64,000 nucleotides of DNA from Candidatus Dojkabacteria bacterium (GTDB lineage Bacteria; Patescibacteriota; Dojkabacteria; J137): assembly GCA_025999215.1 (NCBI GenBank), contig AP024679.1:569924-633923 (forward strand), given 5' to 3'. The translations under genes were made by a program, and so were the position numbers. Of this stretch, positions 37,911 to 47,303 are shown piece after piece. The number at the start of each line of letters is the position of its first letter. The stretch's first letter is position 1. The notes beneath the pieces were generated by a model. The model was not told where the DNA came from and did no database searches. It worked only from the letters and a program-made list of their open reading frames with translations.

Positions 37911-40139
37911 ATGTTAAATAGACCAATTGTTTCTCTTAAAAATGTTCATAAAATTTTTAAGGTTAAAAGTGCTGATGTTCATATAATTAAAGGAGTTAGT
38001 TTAGACATATTTAAAGGTGAGTTTGTTGGTTTAGTGGGACCATCTGGTAGTGGAAAATCAACTTTACTTAATATGATTTTAGGTCTTGAAGAAATCACTA
38101 GTGGAGAGGTTGAACTTCTGGGTCAACCGGTTAAACCTGAGTTTGCTGATAGAGTTTCAGAAATAAGAAGACGTAAAATTGGGATAATTTATCAACAACC
38201 TATTTGGATTAGGTCATTAACTGTACTTGAAAATGTAGCATTTCCATTGCTACTTGAGGGATTTAATAGAAAAGTTGCTTTAAGAGAAGCAACAGAAGCA
38301 TTAGCAACAACTGGAATGTTGAAATGGAAAAAATATTACCCTCAAGATTTGTCTGTTGGTCAACAGCAAAGAGTTGCGCTAGCTCGAGCTTTAGTTAATA
38401 ATCCAGATATTATTTTTGCAGATGAGCCTACTGGTAATTTGGATATAAGGAATAGTGAAGCATTGGTTAAGATGCTTCATAATCTAACTAAAGAAAATAA
38501 AACAGTTGTGATGATTACTCATAATTTAGATAATCTTGATGATGTAGATAGGATAGTACAGCTAGTTGATGGTCAAATAGTTGATGATATCAAAGTTAGT
38601 GATTTAAATGTTGAACAACTAACAGACGAGCACTTGGCAAAAATATTTTTTGAAAATGAAAAGAAATTTAAACGAAAAACAGAAGAGCTTTCAATCCCAA
38701 CTACATCAGAAAAAAGCAAACAAAACATAAATTTAGTTAGGTCACTTAAGAATTTTTTTAGTTCTAATTTAAATTTTATACTATCACTAACTTCAATTTT
38801 AATGGGTATTTTTTTAAGCTACCTTTTTACTATTTTAGTTCAATTAAAGCTTATTTTTAAGAAAAATGATCTTTCATTTTCAGATGAAGAAAAAAGGTTA
38901 AGTAATAAAAATCCTCTCGCTTTTTTGTTTCACCCCAGAGGCTCCATTGATGGAATAACCTATAAACAACTTTTATCAATTAGCATTAAAAACCTACTTG
39001 GTAAGAAACTTAGAACTTCTGTTACGGTTGGTGGAATATCTCTAGGAATAGCTTTTACAGTGTTGCTTGTATCTCTTGGTTTTGGAATAGAAAGATTAGT
39101 TATATCTAATATTGCATCTTTAAATCAAATTAAACAGATTGATATTTATCCATCAGTTAATACACAACTTGAACTTACTCTTGAAGATTTAGAAACTCTA
39201 AAACAAGTTGAACAGATAGAAACTTATTATCCAATTATCAGTCTGGCATCTAAGGTTAGATACTTAGGTTCTGATGTTGATGTAGTTGGTTACGGCGTTA
39301 CCGATGAGTATTTACAAAATTCCGATTTAAATGTGGTGAGAGGATCATTTTTTAAAAATTCTCCAAATTCAATTATTTTGAACAAAAGTCTTTTAGATAT
39401 TATTGATCCTAACAACACATTGAATATTGGTGATGAAGTTGAACTTTCAGTTAGATCAACAGCAGATTTGAATACTGACATTATTTCTGATTATGAAAAA
39501 TTTGTTGTATCCGGAATAATTTTAGATACAGAAAATCCCATAGTTTATTTGCCAATTGAAAATTTTCAAAAACTAGGAATTTCTAATTTTACAGAAGCCA
39601 GAATTTCTGTTTATTCAGAAGATGATGTTGAAAACGTAAGAACACTTATTGAAAGCAAAGGTTACGCAACAAGATCAGTTTTGGATACAATAAATGAGAT
39701 AAGATCCATTTTTAATACTTCAAGAATTGTCTTAGGTGGTGTTGGGATTGTTGGTTTGATTATTGCTGCATTTGGAATGTTTAACACTCTTACTGTTTCA
39801 CTTTTAGAAAGAACTAGAGAGGTTGCTTTGATGAAAGCAATAGGGATGCTACCACCTGAAGTTAGGGCTTTGTTTTTCACGGAATCTGTGACCATGGGTG
39901 TTATGGGTGGTGTTTTGGGTTTGTTTTTATCTTACTTTGCAGGATTTTTAGTGTCACTTTTATATTCTTTTTTATCAACTAGCGAAGGTAGTTTTAATTT
40001 TACAGATTTAACATATACACCATTATTCTTTGTTATATTAATTCTTTTAGGTTCGGCTATCATTGGCATTTTAACTGGAATATATCCTTCAAAAAGAGCT
40101 GAAAAAATTTCTTCAGTATATGCTTTACGTTACGAATAA
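37911..40139 (+). CDS. Fused ABC transporter ATPase + FtsX-like permease (MacB-type)
   Basis: Walker A is 'GPSGSGKST', the ABC signature is 'LSVGQQQRVALARAL', and Walker B is 'IIFADEPTGNLD'. The C-terminal half has a TM, a large periplasmic domain and 3 more TMs (FtsX/MacB permease). Confidence 0.85.
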   Translation: MLNRPIVSLKNVHKIFKVKSADVHIIKGVSLDIFKGEFVGLVGPSGSGKSTLLNMILGLEEITSGEVELLGQPVKPEFADRVSEIRRRKIGIIYQQPIWIRSLTVLENVAFPLLLEGFNRKVALREATEALATTGMLKWKKYYPQDLSVGQQQRVALARALVNNPDIIFADEPTGNLDIRNSEALVKMLHNLTKENKTVVMITHNLDNLDDVDRIVQLVDGQIVDDIKVSDLNVEQLTDEHLAKIFFENEKKFKRKTEELSIPTTSEKSKQNINLVRSLKNFFSSNLNFILSLTSILMGIFLSYLFTILVQLKLIFKKNDLSFSDEEKRLSNKNPLAFLFHPRGSIDGITYKQLLSISIKNLLGKKLRTSVTVGGISLGIAFTVLLVSLGFGIERLVISNIASLNQIKQIDIYPSVNTQLELTLEDLETLKQVEQIETYYPIISLASKVRYLGSDVDVVGYGVTDEYLQNSDLNVVRGSFFKNSPNSIILNKSLLDIIDPNNTLNIGDEVELSVRSTADLNTDIISDYEKFVVSGIILDTENPIVYLPIENFQKLGISNFTEARISVYSEDDVENVRTLIESKGYATRSVLDTINEIRSIFNTSRIVLGGVGIVGLIIAAFGMFNTLTVSLLERTREVALMKAIGMLPPEVRALFFTESVTMGVMGGVLGLFLSYFAGFLVSLLYSFLSTSEGSFNFTDLTYTPLFFVILILLGSAIIGILTGIYPSKRAEKISSVYALRYE

Positions 40140-40642
40140 TGGAAGAAACCAGTTTTTTTGAAAAATTAAAAAATTATCTTTTAATATTAGCAGGTGTTTT
40201 ATCATTCTTGGGGAGTTTGGCTATTATTGCCTTTTTGATTTTAAACAATTCAAATAAAATTGAAGACATTGAATTGATAAATACTAAAATTGAGAAATTA
40301 AATTTAAATTTAAAAGATGATTATGTTTTTTTAAATAAAACTTGGACTTTGACTTCATTTAATGATCTAAACCCAGATTTTTCCATTACAATTAAATTTG
40401 AAGAAAACAATAAAGTTAGCGGATTTGGGGGATGTAACGATTATACAGCTAAATTTGAGATTAATGAAGATAGTTTCAACATTTATGAAATAAATAAAAC
40501 TAAGATGTTTTGTGAAAATGTGAGCGTTGTGGAAAATGCTTTTTTTCAAGTTTTAGAGCTTGTTAATAAAATTGAAGTTTCTGATGATACATTAACTTTA
40601 TCTTCTCAAAACAATAAGTTAGTTTTCAAAAAAGAAAAATAA
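40139..40642 (+). CDS. META/HslJ-domain lipoprotein-like protein
   Basis: N-terminal anchor. 'GFGGCNDYTAKFEINEDSFNI...MFCEN...ENAFFQVL' follows the META domain pattern. Its start overlaps the MacB stop (ATGA). Confidence 0.6.
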   Translation: MEETSFFEKLKNYLLILAGVLSFLGSLAIIAFLILNNSNKIEDIELINTKIEKLNLNLKDDYVFLNKTWTLTSFNDLNPDFSITIKFEENNKVSGFGGCNDYTAKFEINEDSFNIYEINKTKMFCENVSVVENAFFQVLELVNKIEVSDDTLTLSSQNNKLVFKKEK

Positions 40643-40662
40643 AATGCTATAATTTAGTTAGT

Positions 40663-40739
40663 GGTGGTTATAGCTCAGTTGGTAGAGCGCCAGTTTGTGG
40701 CACTGGATGTCGTGGGTTCGAGCCCCACTAACCACCCCA
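40663..40739 (+). tRNA. tRNA-His (anticodon GTG) with G-1 and encoded CCA
   Basis: An extra 5' G opposite discriminator C. Acceptor GTGGTTA/TAACCAC, anticodon loop TTGTGGC, T-loop TTCGAGC. Confidence 0.88.
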
Positions 40740-40891
40740 AAGTACCATGGTAACTACTCTTAATACTAATCAAACGGCATACACTCAGAGGACAAAAATT
40801 ATTCTAAAACACTTAGTATTGTTTAAAAATTTTTTTAGATTGTTACGGTATGCTCTAACATCACAAAACATTCAAGTAAAGGAGTAAAAAA

Positions 40892-40975
40892 ATGGCAAGT
40901 AAAAATGCATATGGTCTTAAATATTTTAAGTCCACAAACACATATGACAGATTGTTTTTTCTTAGACATATCTGA
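40892..40975 (+). CDS. 27-aa ORF with strong Shine-Dalgarno (AAGGAGT), possible leader/degraded remnant
   Basis: An RBS at 40879-40885 is followed by ATG and 'MASKNAYGLKYFKSTNTYDRLFFLRHI*'. Confidence 0.3.
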   Translation: MASKNAYGLKYFKSTNTYDRLFFLRHI

Positions 40976-41116
40976 CATTCTAATGTTTATCTTTATACTG
41001 GACATATTTTATCTTATAATTTCAGAAAATATTTAGAAAAGGTGATATAATGAAAAATAAAGATAAGGCATACTTTATCTTATAATTCAAGGAGATATAT
41101 AGGAGTTAGTATAAAA

Positions 41117-41227
41117 ATGTCAAAATCAACTTTCTATACAATTAGACACGGAAAGATAAACTACACTGAAAAAGACTTGTATTTGATCTATGAGGGTGTT
41201 GCTGATGATGAAAAGGTCGAGATGTAA
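41117..41227 (+). pseudogene. 36-aa ORF resembling the N-terminus of a histidine-phosphatase (PGAM-like, 'RHG' motif) gene; likely truncated remnant
   Basis: An 'AGGAGT' RBS 10 nt upstream. 'MSKSTFYTIRHGKINYTEKDL...' is like the 'LYLVRHGET' start of histidine phosphatases but stops after 36 aa. Confidence 0.3.
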
Positions 41228-41273
41228 ACATAGAAGTAAAAGATGCGAATATTTTATCTATGAGTGAAACATA

Positions 41274-42317
41274 ATGAAATTTACAAAGGCAATTAAGGAG
41301 TATTTTAAGCAGAAAGGTGTTGAAATTGAAAGTATTGTGAAGTTAGGTTCAGGCCTCGTTGCAGATGGGTTTTTAGTTACCTACAAATTAGCTGAAGGAA
41401 AAAGTGAGATACTTGTCTGTCGAAAATTACGAGGTAGAGGTATGTCACATGACTATTTTTCAGATAGGCTTGGCTATTTACTTTTACAGCACAATATTAC
41501 GAAAAAACATCCAAGGCATGTGAGGTCAAGAGATGTTGTCATTTATGGAAAGGGAAAAATCCGCTCTTTAGACTCTTTAGATGAGGTGTTTCAGGTTTTA
41601 GAATTTGCTGCGGGCGAATCTTTTTTAACAACAATGAATTTGATTGGATATGACTTTGAATCACAAAAGAAGTTTTTGTTGAGCCTGTGTGAATATATGC
41701 ATGAAGTTCATAGAATAGAACCAGAAGGTAATAAGAAAGACTTGTATTTGAGACATTCTCAAGATTTTATAGGTAGTGAGGTGTTAATGGATATTTTGGA
41801 TGTCTGGGAGCCAGATACACTACTACCAATAGAATTAAGGGTAAAACTATTCACTGATTTGTTTAAGCTTAGAGAGGAAACTAAATTGTTCTTTGATAGA
41901 TGCAGAATGATTCATGCTGATTTGCATCCTGATAATGTCAGGGTACACGAAAATGGCAGTATAAGCGTTTTAGATTCGGCTCGTTCAATGTGGGGAGAAC
42001 CCATTGATGATTTAACAAGTATGCTGGCAAACTTTATTTATTATTCTTTAGTTAAAGACAATACAAGAGAACAATACAAAAAAGCATATGATTTTTTAGT
42101 TAGAACATACTTAAATACTAAGGGCACAGACGATGAAAGAATAAATAAAGTCGCAAGATTATTTTTACCCGTAAGACTCTTAATACTTGCTCATCCAATA
42201 TTTTTCTCAGGTGATAGCCAAGATGTAAAACAGTCTTTGGTTAATGGAGCAATTTCGATTGCAAAAGATGATGAATTTGATTTATTTAACCCTTGGAAGT
42301 ATTTTAACTTGAATTAA
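41274..42317 (+). CDS. Phosphotransferase-family (APH/ChoK/CotS-like protein-kinase-fold) enzyme
   Basis: 'IHADLHPDNVRV' matches the Brenner catalytic motif HxDxxxxN, and 'SVLDSARS' is the DFG-equivalent metal-binding Asp. GC content and codon usage are visibly higher than in surrounding genes. Confidence 0.75.
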   Translation: MKFTKAIKEYFKQKGVEIESIVKLGSGLVADGFLVTYKLAEGKSEILVCRKLRGRGMSHDYFSDRLGYLLLQHNITKKHPRHVRSRDVVIYGKGKIRSLDSLDEVFQVLEFAAGESFLTTMNLIGYDFESQKKFLLSLCEYMHEVHRIEPEGNKKDLYLRHSQDFIGSEVLMDILDVWEPDTLLPIELRVKLFTDLFKLREETKLFFDRCRMIHADLHPDNVRVHENGSISVLDSARSMWGEPIDDLTSMLANFIYYSLVKDNTREQYKKAYDFLVRTYLNTKGTDDERINKVARLFLPVRLLILAHPIFFSGDSQDVKQSLVNGAISIAKDDEFDLFNPWKYFNLN

Positions 42318-42498
42318 GAAGTAAAAGCAAAGCTACTTGCTCTCAGATTTGTACATGCCATAAAAATTCTAATAGATTTTACCCAGTCACTCCAAAATCC
42401 ATTTTACCACCACTAAGCTCTAAAGTTTAAAATTCTCCAAAAAATTTAAACAATTTTGTTGCTTTTGAAATTTAAAAAAGATATAATCTTGTTGTTCA

Positions 42499-42573
42499 GG
42501 GTTGGTAGCTCAATGGTAGAGCAGTGGCCTTTTAAGCCATTGGTTGTGGGTTCGAGTCCCACCCAACTCACCA
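42499..42573 (+). tRNA. tRNA-Lys (anticodon TTT), CCA encoded
   Basis: Acceptor GGGTTGG/CCAACTC, anticodon loop CTTTTAA, T-loop TTCGAGT. Confidence 0.88.
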
Positions 42574-42583
42574 AAATTTTAAA

Positions 42584-43207
42584 TCACCTCAGAGAATACA
42601 GCGGAGCATATCCCATTGAAATTGAAAGATTATTGATTTGATTCATAAAATAAATAATTCTACTACCCCATCCTATGCATTCATCTTGCGGTCCACAGAA
42701 AACTTTTTCCATTTTTCGCGGGTCAATCATATATTCATTACCGTATTGATTTACTAAAACATCAGTTACCTTAAAAATTGATTCTCTAAAAGAATTAAAC
42801 CTCGTTCGATATATTCCAGGGCCACCAAATCCCCAACAGTTGTAGTATTGAGCTGAGGTATAGTATCTGCAAAGATCAGTTTCATGTTTAGCAATTGCAG
42901 CAACAGTCACACAATCACGAGGGGCTCCATAGTAATCGCAAGCTTCAACAAACAAATGCGCAGTACCAGAAAGGGGCGAATTTTCAAAATATTTTTCTAA
43001 AACGACCTCTCGAATATCAACTGATTTGGTACTACTATGAACTCTACTTACCTTCACCTGTGACTGTGTTGATTCTTTGATTGTTTTGTAAACAGCTAGT
43101 TTGTAGTTAATTTCATTTTCAGCTTTTGCTTGAGCAGTATATTCAAAATTGTTAAACAAAATTAGCAAACCTAAAAAGTTTAACAGTAAATAAAAAAGTA
43201 TTCTCAT
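42584..43207 (-). CDS. Secreted hypothetical protein (Cys-containing, possibly cell-wall active)
   Basis: 207 aa with a signal peptide and several Cys. No confident family assignment. Confidence 0.45.
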   Translation of the reverse strand: MRILFYLLLNFLGLLILFNNFEYTAQAKAENEINYKLAVYKTIKESTQSQVKVSRVHSSTKSVDIREVVLEKYFENSPLSGTAHLFVEACDYYGAPRDCVTVAAIAKHETDLCRYYTSAQYYNCWGFGGPGIYRTRFNSFRESIFKVTDVLVNQYGNEYMIDPRKMEKVFCGPQDECIGWGSRIIYFMNQINNLSISMGYAPLYSLR

Positions 43208-43244
43208 TTTTTCTATTTAAAAATTCTAAAAATTTTGTGATAAA

Positions 43245-44312
43245 ATGATTTTGTTATCTATGAAAGTTTACCAGAAAAAAGCATTAAAACAAATAAGCTT
43301 AGCTAGTATTGTAGCGCTTAATTTATTCATTAAAACTAAGGATTTGGTAATATCCCGAATGTTTTGGGGTAGAAGCAATTTTTATAAGAACCTCACATTC
43401 TCTATAATTTTTAGCTTAACTATTTTTGTATCTGTAAGTGGCATAGTTGCAAAAATTTCTGGTACGAATTCTATCGATACTCTAGCTTTATCATCTGAAA
43501 TTACTACTGGTCAGTACGATATTCTGCAACAAGGTGGCAGTATTGAAACTGTCCTTGGCATTGATCCCGAAGTAGGAATCAAATTTGAAAAATACACGGT
43601 AAAAGAAGGTGATACGCTTGAATCAATAGCTCAAAATTATGGTGTAAGCATAGATACGATAAGGTGGGCAAATAAAGATACTGTGAGTGCGTTCACTAAT
43701 GAGATTGAAACTGGCTGGGTTTTATCAATTCCACCTATTGATGGAGTTTTGTATAAAGTAAAAGATGGTGATAATATTCAAAAAATTATACAAATTACTG
43801 GTGGAAATGAGTTTGATATTCGTGAGTTTAATGAGTTAGGGGCCAATACCGAACCTAATGAGGGCGATATTTTATTTATTCCAAATGGAAATTTTTATAG
43901 ACCAGATATTGATGTTGCAGATATTCCTCGAGGAGTATTTATTAATCCACTTAAAGATCCTTCGTGTGCGGGATATGTGGTTACTAGAGGTTTTTTGAGC
44001 TATCACAATGGTGTTGATTTAGCAAAATCAACAGGTTGCATTATAAGCGCTGTTGCAAACGGTTATGTTGAATATGCGGGTTGGAGTAATTATGGACAAG
44101 GTTACAATGTGGTGATTGATCATGGAGGTGGTATTAAAACACATTATTATCATGGCGATGGAACTTTTTGGGTTCAAGCTGGTCAAAGAGTTCAACAAGG
44201 TGATCCAATTATGTACATGGGAACAACAGGAAACTCTACTGGTGTTCATTTGCATTTTTCGCTTTTTAAAGATGGAGTGGCAGTCGATCCCGAACCTTTC
44301 GTTCCTTATTAA
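43245..44312 (+). CDS. LysM-domain M23-family metallopeptidase
   Basis: 'YTVKEGDTLESIAQNYGVSIDTIRWAN' and a second 'YKVKDGDNIQKIIQ' are LysM domains. The C-terminal 'HNGVDLA', 'VIDHGGG' and 'GVHLHFS' are the M23 HxxxD/HxH motifs. Confidence 0.85.
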   Translation: MILLSMKVYQKKALKQISLASIVALNLFIKTKDLVISRMFWGRSNFYKNLTFSIIFSLTIFVSVSGIVAKISGTNSIDTLALSSEITTGQYDILQQGGSIETVLGIDPEVGIKFEKYTVKEGDTLESIAQNYGVSIDTIRWANKDTVSAFTNEIETGWVLSIPPIDGVLYKVKDGDNIQKIIQITGGNEFDIREFNELGANTEPNEGDILFIPNGNFYRPDIDVADIPRGVFINPLKDPSCAGYVVTRGFLSYHNGVDLAKSTGCIISAVANGYVEYAGWSNYGQGYNVVIDHGGGIKTHYYHGDGTFWVQAGQRVQQGDPIMYMGTTGNSTGVHLHFSLFKDGVAVDPEPFVPY

Positions 44313-44335
44313 ATTTTGGTAAAATTGTAATAATT

Positions 44336-44406
44336 TACCGGGTCGTCTAATGGTAGGACATCAGTTTCTGGCACTGAGAATCGGGGTTCGAGTCCCTGCC
44401 CGGTAA
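44336..44406 (+). tRNA. tRNA-Gln (anticodon CTG)
   Basis: Acceptor TACCGGG/CCCGGTA (U1-A72), D-arm GTCTAATGGTAGGAC, anticodon loop TTCTGGC, T-loop TTCGAGT. Short variable loop. Confidence 0.75.
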
Positions 44407-44407
44407 T

Positions 44408-45232
44408 TTAGTAAGATCCCAAAATTATTGCAATCACACTAGCCAAGACCAACACATATTCAAAAACTATGTAGTAGCTTAAATTTTTCTTTGTAAAATG
44501 ATATAAAGTTGAAATTATTAAATAAAAAGACAAAGTTAAAATAACTGAAAACTCAAAACCGTTTAGTTCACTTGTTGAAACTAAAATTAAACTTAAAATT
44601 GCGTTAAAAACTCCACTCCCTACTCCATAGTAAAATGAAAATAAATGCCTTGGAGAAGTTCGTATTGCAAAAAGTTCAACTACAATTGTGGTCAGCAAGA
44701 AAACTGAAAATGTTATAAAAGCTTTTTGAAATTCAAGTTGAAGACTAAAGTTATAAATCACATCTACTAATGCCCAATAAATTACAAATTTTATAAAATC
44801 AAATACAAAATTGGTACTCTGTTCAATCTTTGATTTATGTTCAAAAAATGCTTTGATATTCACAAAAAGCAAGAAATTTGTAACAAATGACATAAACAAA
44901 ATTAATTTCATATGAAGTAAATAAAAGTTGTAGTATCCATAGCCAACAATAGCTAGATACAATAAAATTGGGAGAAAAATTTTGTGAATAATATGAATTA
45001 GTTCATATTCTATCAACTTTTTGTCAAGTCTTTCGTTATTAATTAGTACATTTCTTTGCCAAGTGATGTAAATTTCTAGTATAAAAATTCCTAATAGAGC
45101 AAGTGAAAAGCCAATAAAATTTTTAATATCACCAAATTTAACCAGTGATTCAATCGCAATGTACGCTCCAAGTGATAACGATACAGCATAAAATAAATTC
45201 CAGATGTTTTTTAATAAGTTAACTCGATACAT
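44408..45232 (-). CDS. Polytopic membrane protein, unknown function
   Basis: 274 aa with about 8 hydrophobic helices. The start codon lies inside the left direct repeat. Confidence 0.55.
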   Translation of the reverse strand: MYRVNLLKNIWNLFYAVSLSLGAYIAIESLVKFGDIKNFIGFSLALLGIFILEIYITWQRNVLINNERLDKKLIEYELIHIIHKIFLPILLYLAIVGYGYYNFYLLHMKLILFMSFVTNFLLFVNIKAFFEHKSKIEQSTNFVFDFIKFVIYWALVDVIYNFSLQLEFQKAFITFSVFLLTTIVVELFAIRTSPRHLFSFYYGVGSGVFNAILSLILVSTSELNGFEFSVILTLSFYLIISTLYHFTKKNLSYYIVFEYVLVLASVIAIILGSY

Positions 45233-45337
45233 TTTACTAATTTAATTTTATAAATAATAATCTATTTTAATATTTAAAGCTAGAGAATTGAAGTTAAGAA
45301 GATTTTTAATTTTTTTGAAAAAAAGGGGTTGACAAAA
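45203..45337. repeat. Left copy of about 140-bp imperfect direct repeat (5' end of membrane-protein gene + divergent promoter region ending in TTGACA)
   Basis: About 85% identical to 47071-47210 ('cattttacta[a/g]tttaat..tataaataataatctattttaa.atttaaagctaga...gaaaaaaagg(gg)ttgacaaa'). Confidence 0.8.
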
Positions 45338-45355
45338 AAAAATTAATTGTATAAT
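45329..45355 (+). promoter_or_regulatory. Sigma70-like promoter: TTGACA, 15-nt spacer with TG extension, TATAAT
   Basis: 'TTGACAaaaaaaaattaatTGTATAAT' sits upstream of ORF 45427 and is followed by an AAGGAG RBS at 45411-45416. Confidence 0.6.
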
Positions 45356-45426
45356 ATATAGACTTATAAAAAGAAAGCACCTTACAAATTACAAAACAAA
45401 TTACAAAACAAAGGAGAAGAAAAGAG

Positions 45427-46254
45427 ATGGATACATATCCAGCATATCCAGCCAACACATCGTTAAGAATCGATAATAAGATAATTTCATTTTCTGAATA
45501 TGGTTATGTGATCAGGTTATATCCTGCTTCACTTTCCATCAATGAAATAATTATGTCTGCTGTTATGTCTGCAGCTAATGTAGCACGCCTTAATCCGCAT
45601 AATCTTGTAGAAATCTTAACAAGTGTGCCAAATATTGCAGAATTAGGTAGCCTAATTTGTAGGCTCAACCAAAAAGATACCCATATAAATATAATGGTAT
45701 CATACAATCAGAGAATAGAAACAAAAAAGGAAAGTCATGTTCAAGCTGCTCTACCTTATAAGTTAGATGGAAGCAGCGATGAAGTAGAGCTAGCAATGGG
45801 AATATGGCATTTGATATGCGCTAGTAATCCAGGTTTTTCGAGGTTAGCAGCGTCAAACAACATTAATGAAATGTTTGACCCTAAAAGTAATTATGTTTTT
45901 GAGTTGGTGCCAAATACAAATAGTAGCAAAAGATCAACTCAATTTCGCATTGTACTCAGTGCAAAAGATTTGGCGTTATACAAAGCCCAGGCGGCTTCTT
46001 CAGTATTGAATTGGCTATTATATCTTCCAGTAGACTATTTACCGATTTCTGCTGGACATGATAGTCATTTCACACTCGTTTTAGACGGCACTGACAAAAA
46101 TTGCGAGTTAACCATAATTATAAAAAGATTATATCGCATTGAACAAATCTTAGTTGTCGATATTATAGATGGTTCGAAAATTTATGAATTAACAATTCAG
46201 GATCCGTCTAATACGACGACTGTAGAACAAATATACCACACTCTGAAGGAGTAA
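45427..46254 (+). CDS. Hypothetical protein (higher-GC gene, strong SD)
   Basis: 275-aa ORF preceded by 'AAGGAGaagaaaagagATG'. Its composition is visibly more GC-rich than the flanks. No recognisable motif. Confidence 0.55.
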   Translation: MDTYPAYPANTSLRIDNKIISFSEYGYVIRLYPASLSINEIIMSAVMSAANVARLNPHNLVEILTSVPNIAELGSLICRLNQKDTHINIMVSYNQRIETKKESHVQAALPYKLDGSSDEVELAMGIWHLICASNPGFSRLAASNNINEMFDPKSNYVFELVPNTNSSKRSTQFRIVLSAKDLALYKAQAASSVLNWLLYLPVDYLPISAGHDSHFTLVLDGTDKNCELTIIIKRLYRIEQILVVDIIDGSKIYELTIQDPSNTTTVEQIYHTLKE

Positions 46255-46263
46255 CCTCCAGAA

Positions 46264-46295
46264 GATCAAAGACGCTTTTGTAGGCGTCTTTGATC
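46264..46295 (+). terminator. Hairpin terminator-like structure (12-bp perfect stem)
   Basis: 'GATCAAAGACGCttttgtagGCGTCTTTGATC' lies 10 nt after the ORF 45427 stop. The T-tract is weak. Confidence 0.55.
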
Positions 46296-46608
46296 TAAAA
46301 TCTTACATAGATTTTCTCTAACTTTTTTCATTCGAAATTTATAAATAATATAAATCTTTGAGAATTTCTAATCATAAAATTATATTCTTTCTAAATTTAA
46401 GGAATATCAATTAAATATAGTGATCTCTACAGTTGTTCGTAGGGCAAAGTCGTGATTAACTCGAATTAACTTTAAATTGAAAAATTATATAAATTAACTT
46501 TTATACATTAACCGATTTATACATTCAGAAAAATTTATAAAATAATATACATGCTACTTCAAAATAGTATAACAAAATCTATTTATCTTTTAAGAATTAC
46601 TTAAAAAT

Positions 46609-46944
46609 ATGAAGAAATTTAGATATTGCTTGACAAAAAACCATAATATTTGCAAAGAAAAACCCATAAATGGCAGCCGTATTCAAAGCAAAATTGATAT
46701 TATATGGCAATATTTGAGTAGTTCTCTCGAATTTAGCTCAAATATTTCAATAACTATAGACTTATATTCAAATATCTCTTTAGAAGTAAACCTTATGCTT
46801 AAAGATAATATCTATATTATTGGCTTTATTTTATTTAATAATAAAGTTAAAGTTAAAAAAGCAAAGACTGAATTTATAAATCATGAATTCACATTAGAAA
46901 ATTTTACAAATTTTATTCTTTCAAGCATCGAAAACCTTTTGTGA
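46609..46944 (+). CDS. Hypothetical protein
   Basis: 111-aa AT-rich ORF with no motif. Confidence 0.35.
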   Translation: MKKFRYCLTKNHNICKEKPINGSRIQSKIDIIWQYLSSSLEFSSNISITIDLYSNISLEVNLMLKDNIYIIGFILFNNKVKVKKAKTEFINHEFTLENFTNFILSSIENLL

Positions 46945-47070
46945 TCAATAACAATTCTCATGTGCTTTAAGGTATTTTATTTATATAATTTTAATTTTGT
47001 GTTTTACACAACATTCAACTCTAAATTTTTTTGTGGTCATAAAGATTAATAGAAAATTTTTAATATATCA

Positions 47071-47210
47071 TTGATGAATATTTTTCAATAACTTAATTCT
47101 ATACATTTTACTAGTTTAATATGTATAAATAATAATCTATTTTAAAATTTAAAGCTAGAAATTTGAAGAGAAGAAAATTTTTATGTTTATTTTAAAAAAA
47201 GGTTGACAAA
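47071..47210. repeat. Right copy of about 140-bp imperfect direct repeat (includes truncated remnant of membrane-gene start 'MYRIKLLKNIHQ*' on minus strand and TTGACA -35)
   Basis: Aligns to 45203-45337. The minus-strand 12-codon remnant (47106 down to 47068) parallels the 'MYRVNLLKNIWN' start of gene 44408-45232. Confidence 0.8.
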
Positions 47211-47303
47211 CGATGCTAAATGTAATATAACATCGTACATATTCTATTAACAAGAAAGGTTAATGAAAAGAGTACATCTCCAAAAAAAGACACTGAACAT
47301 GGA

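Noticed and set aside
40663-42573. att-site style direct repeats of the tRNA-His 3' end near tRNA-Lys (e.g. 'ccaccactaag' at about 42405 versus 'ccccactaacc')
   Set aside because: The match is only 7-8 of 11 nt, within chance expectation. No integrase is present. Island boundaries are therefore inferred only from the tRNAs and composition.
42456-42641. 61-aa plus-strand ORF spanning tRNA-Lys(TTT)
   Set aside because: The translation ('VGSSMVEQWPFKPLVVGSSPT') is a tRNA sequence read as protein. Spurious.
45384-45407. Tandem 12-mer 'caaattacaaaa' x2 in the 5' UTR of ORF 45427
   Set aside because: Only two copies in AT-rich low-complexity sequence, so no CRISPR or minisatellite significance.
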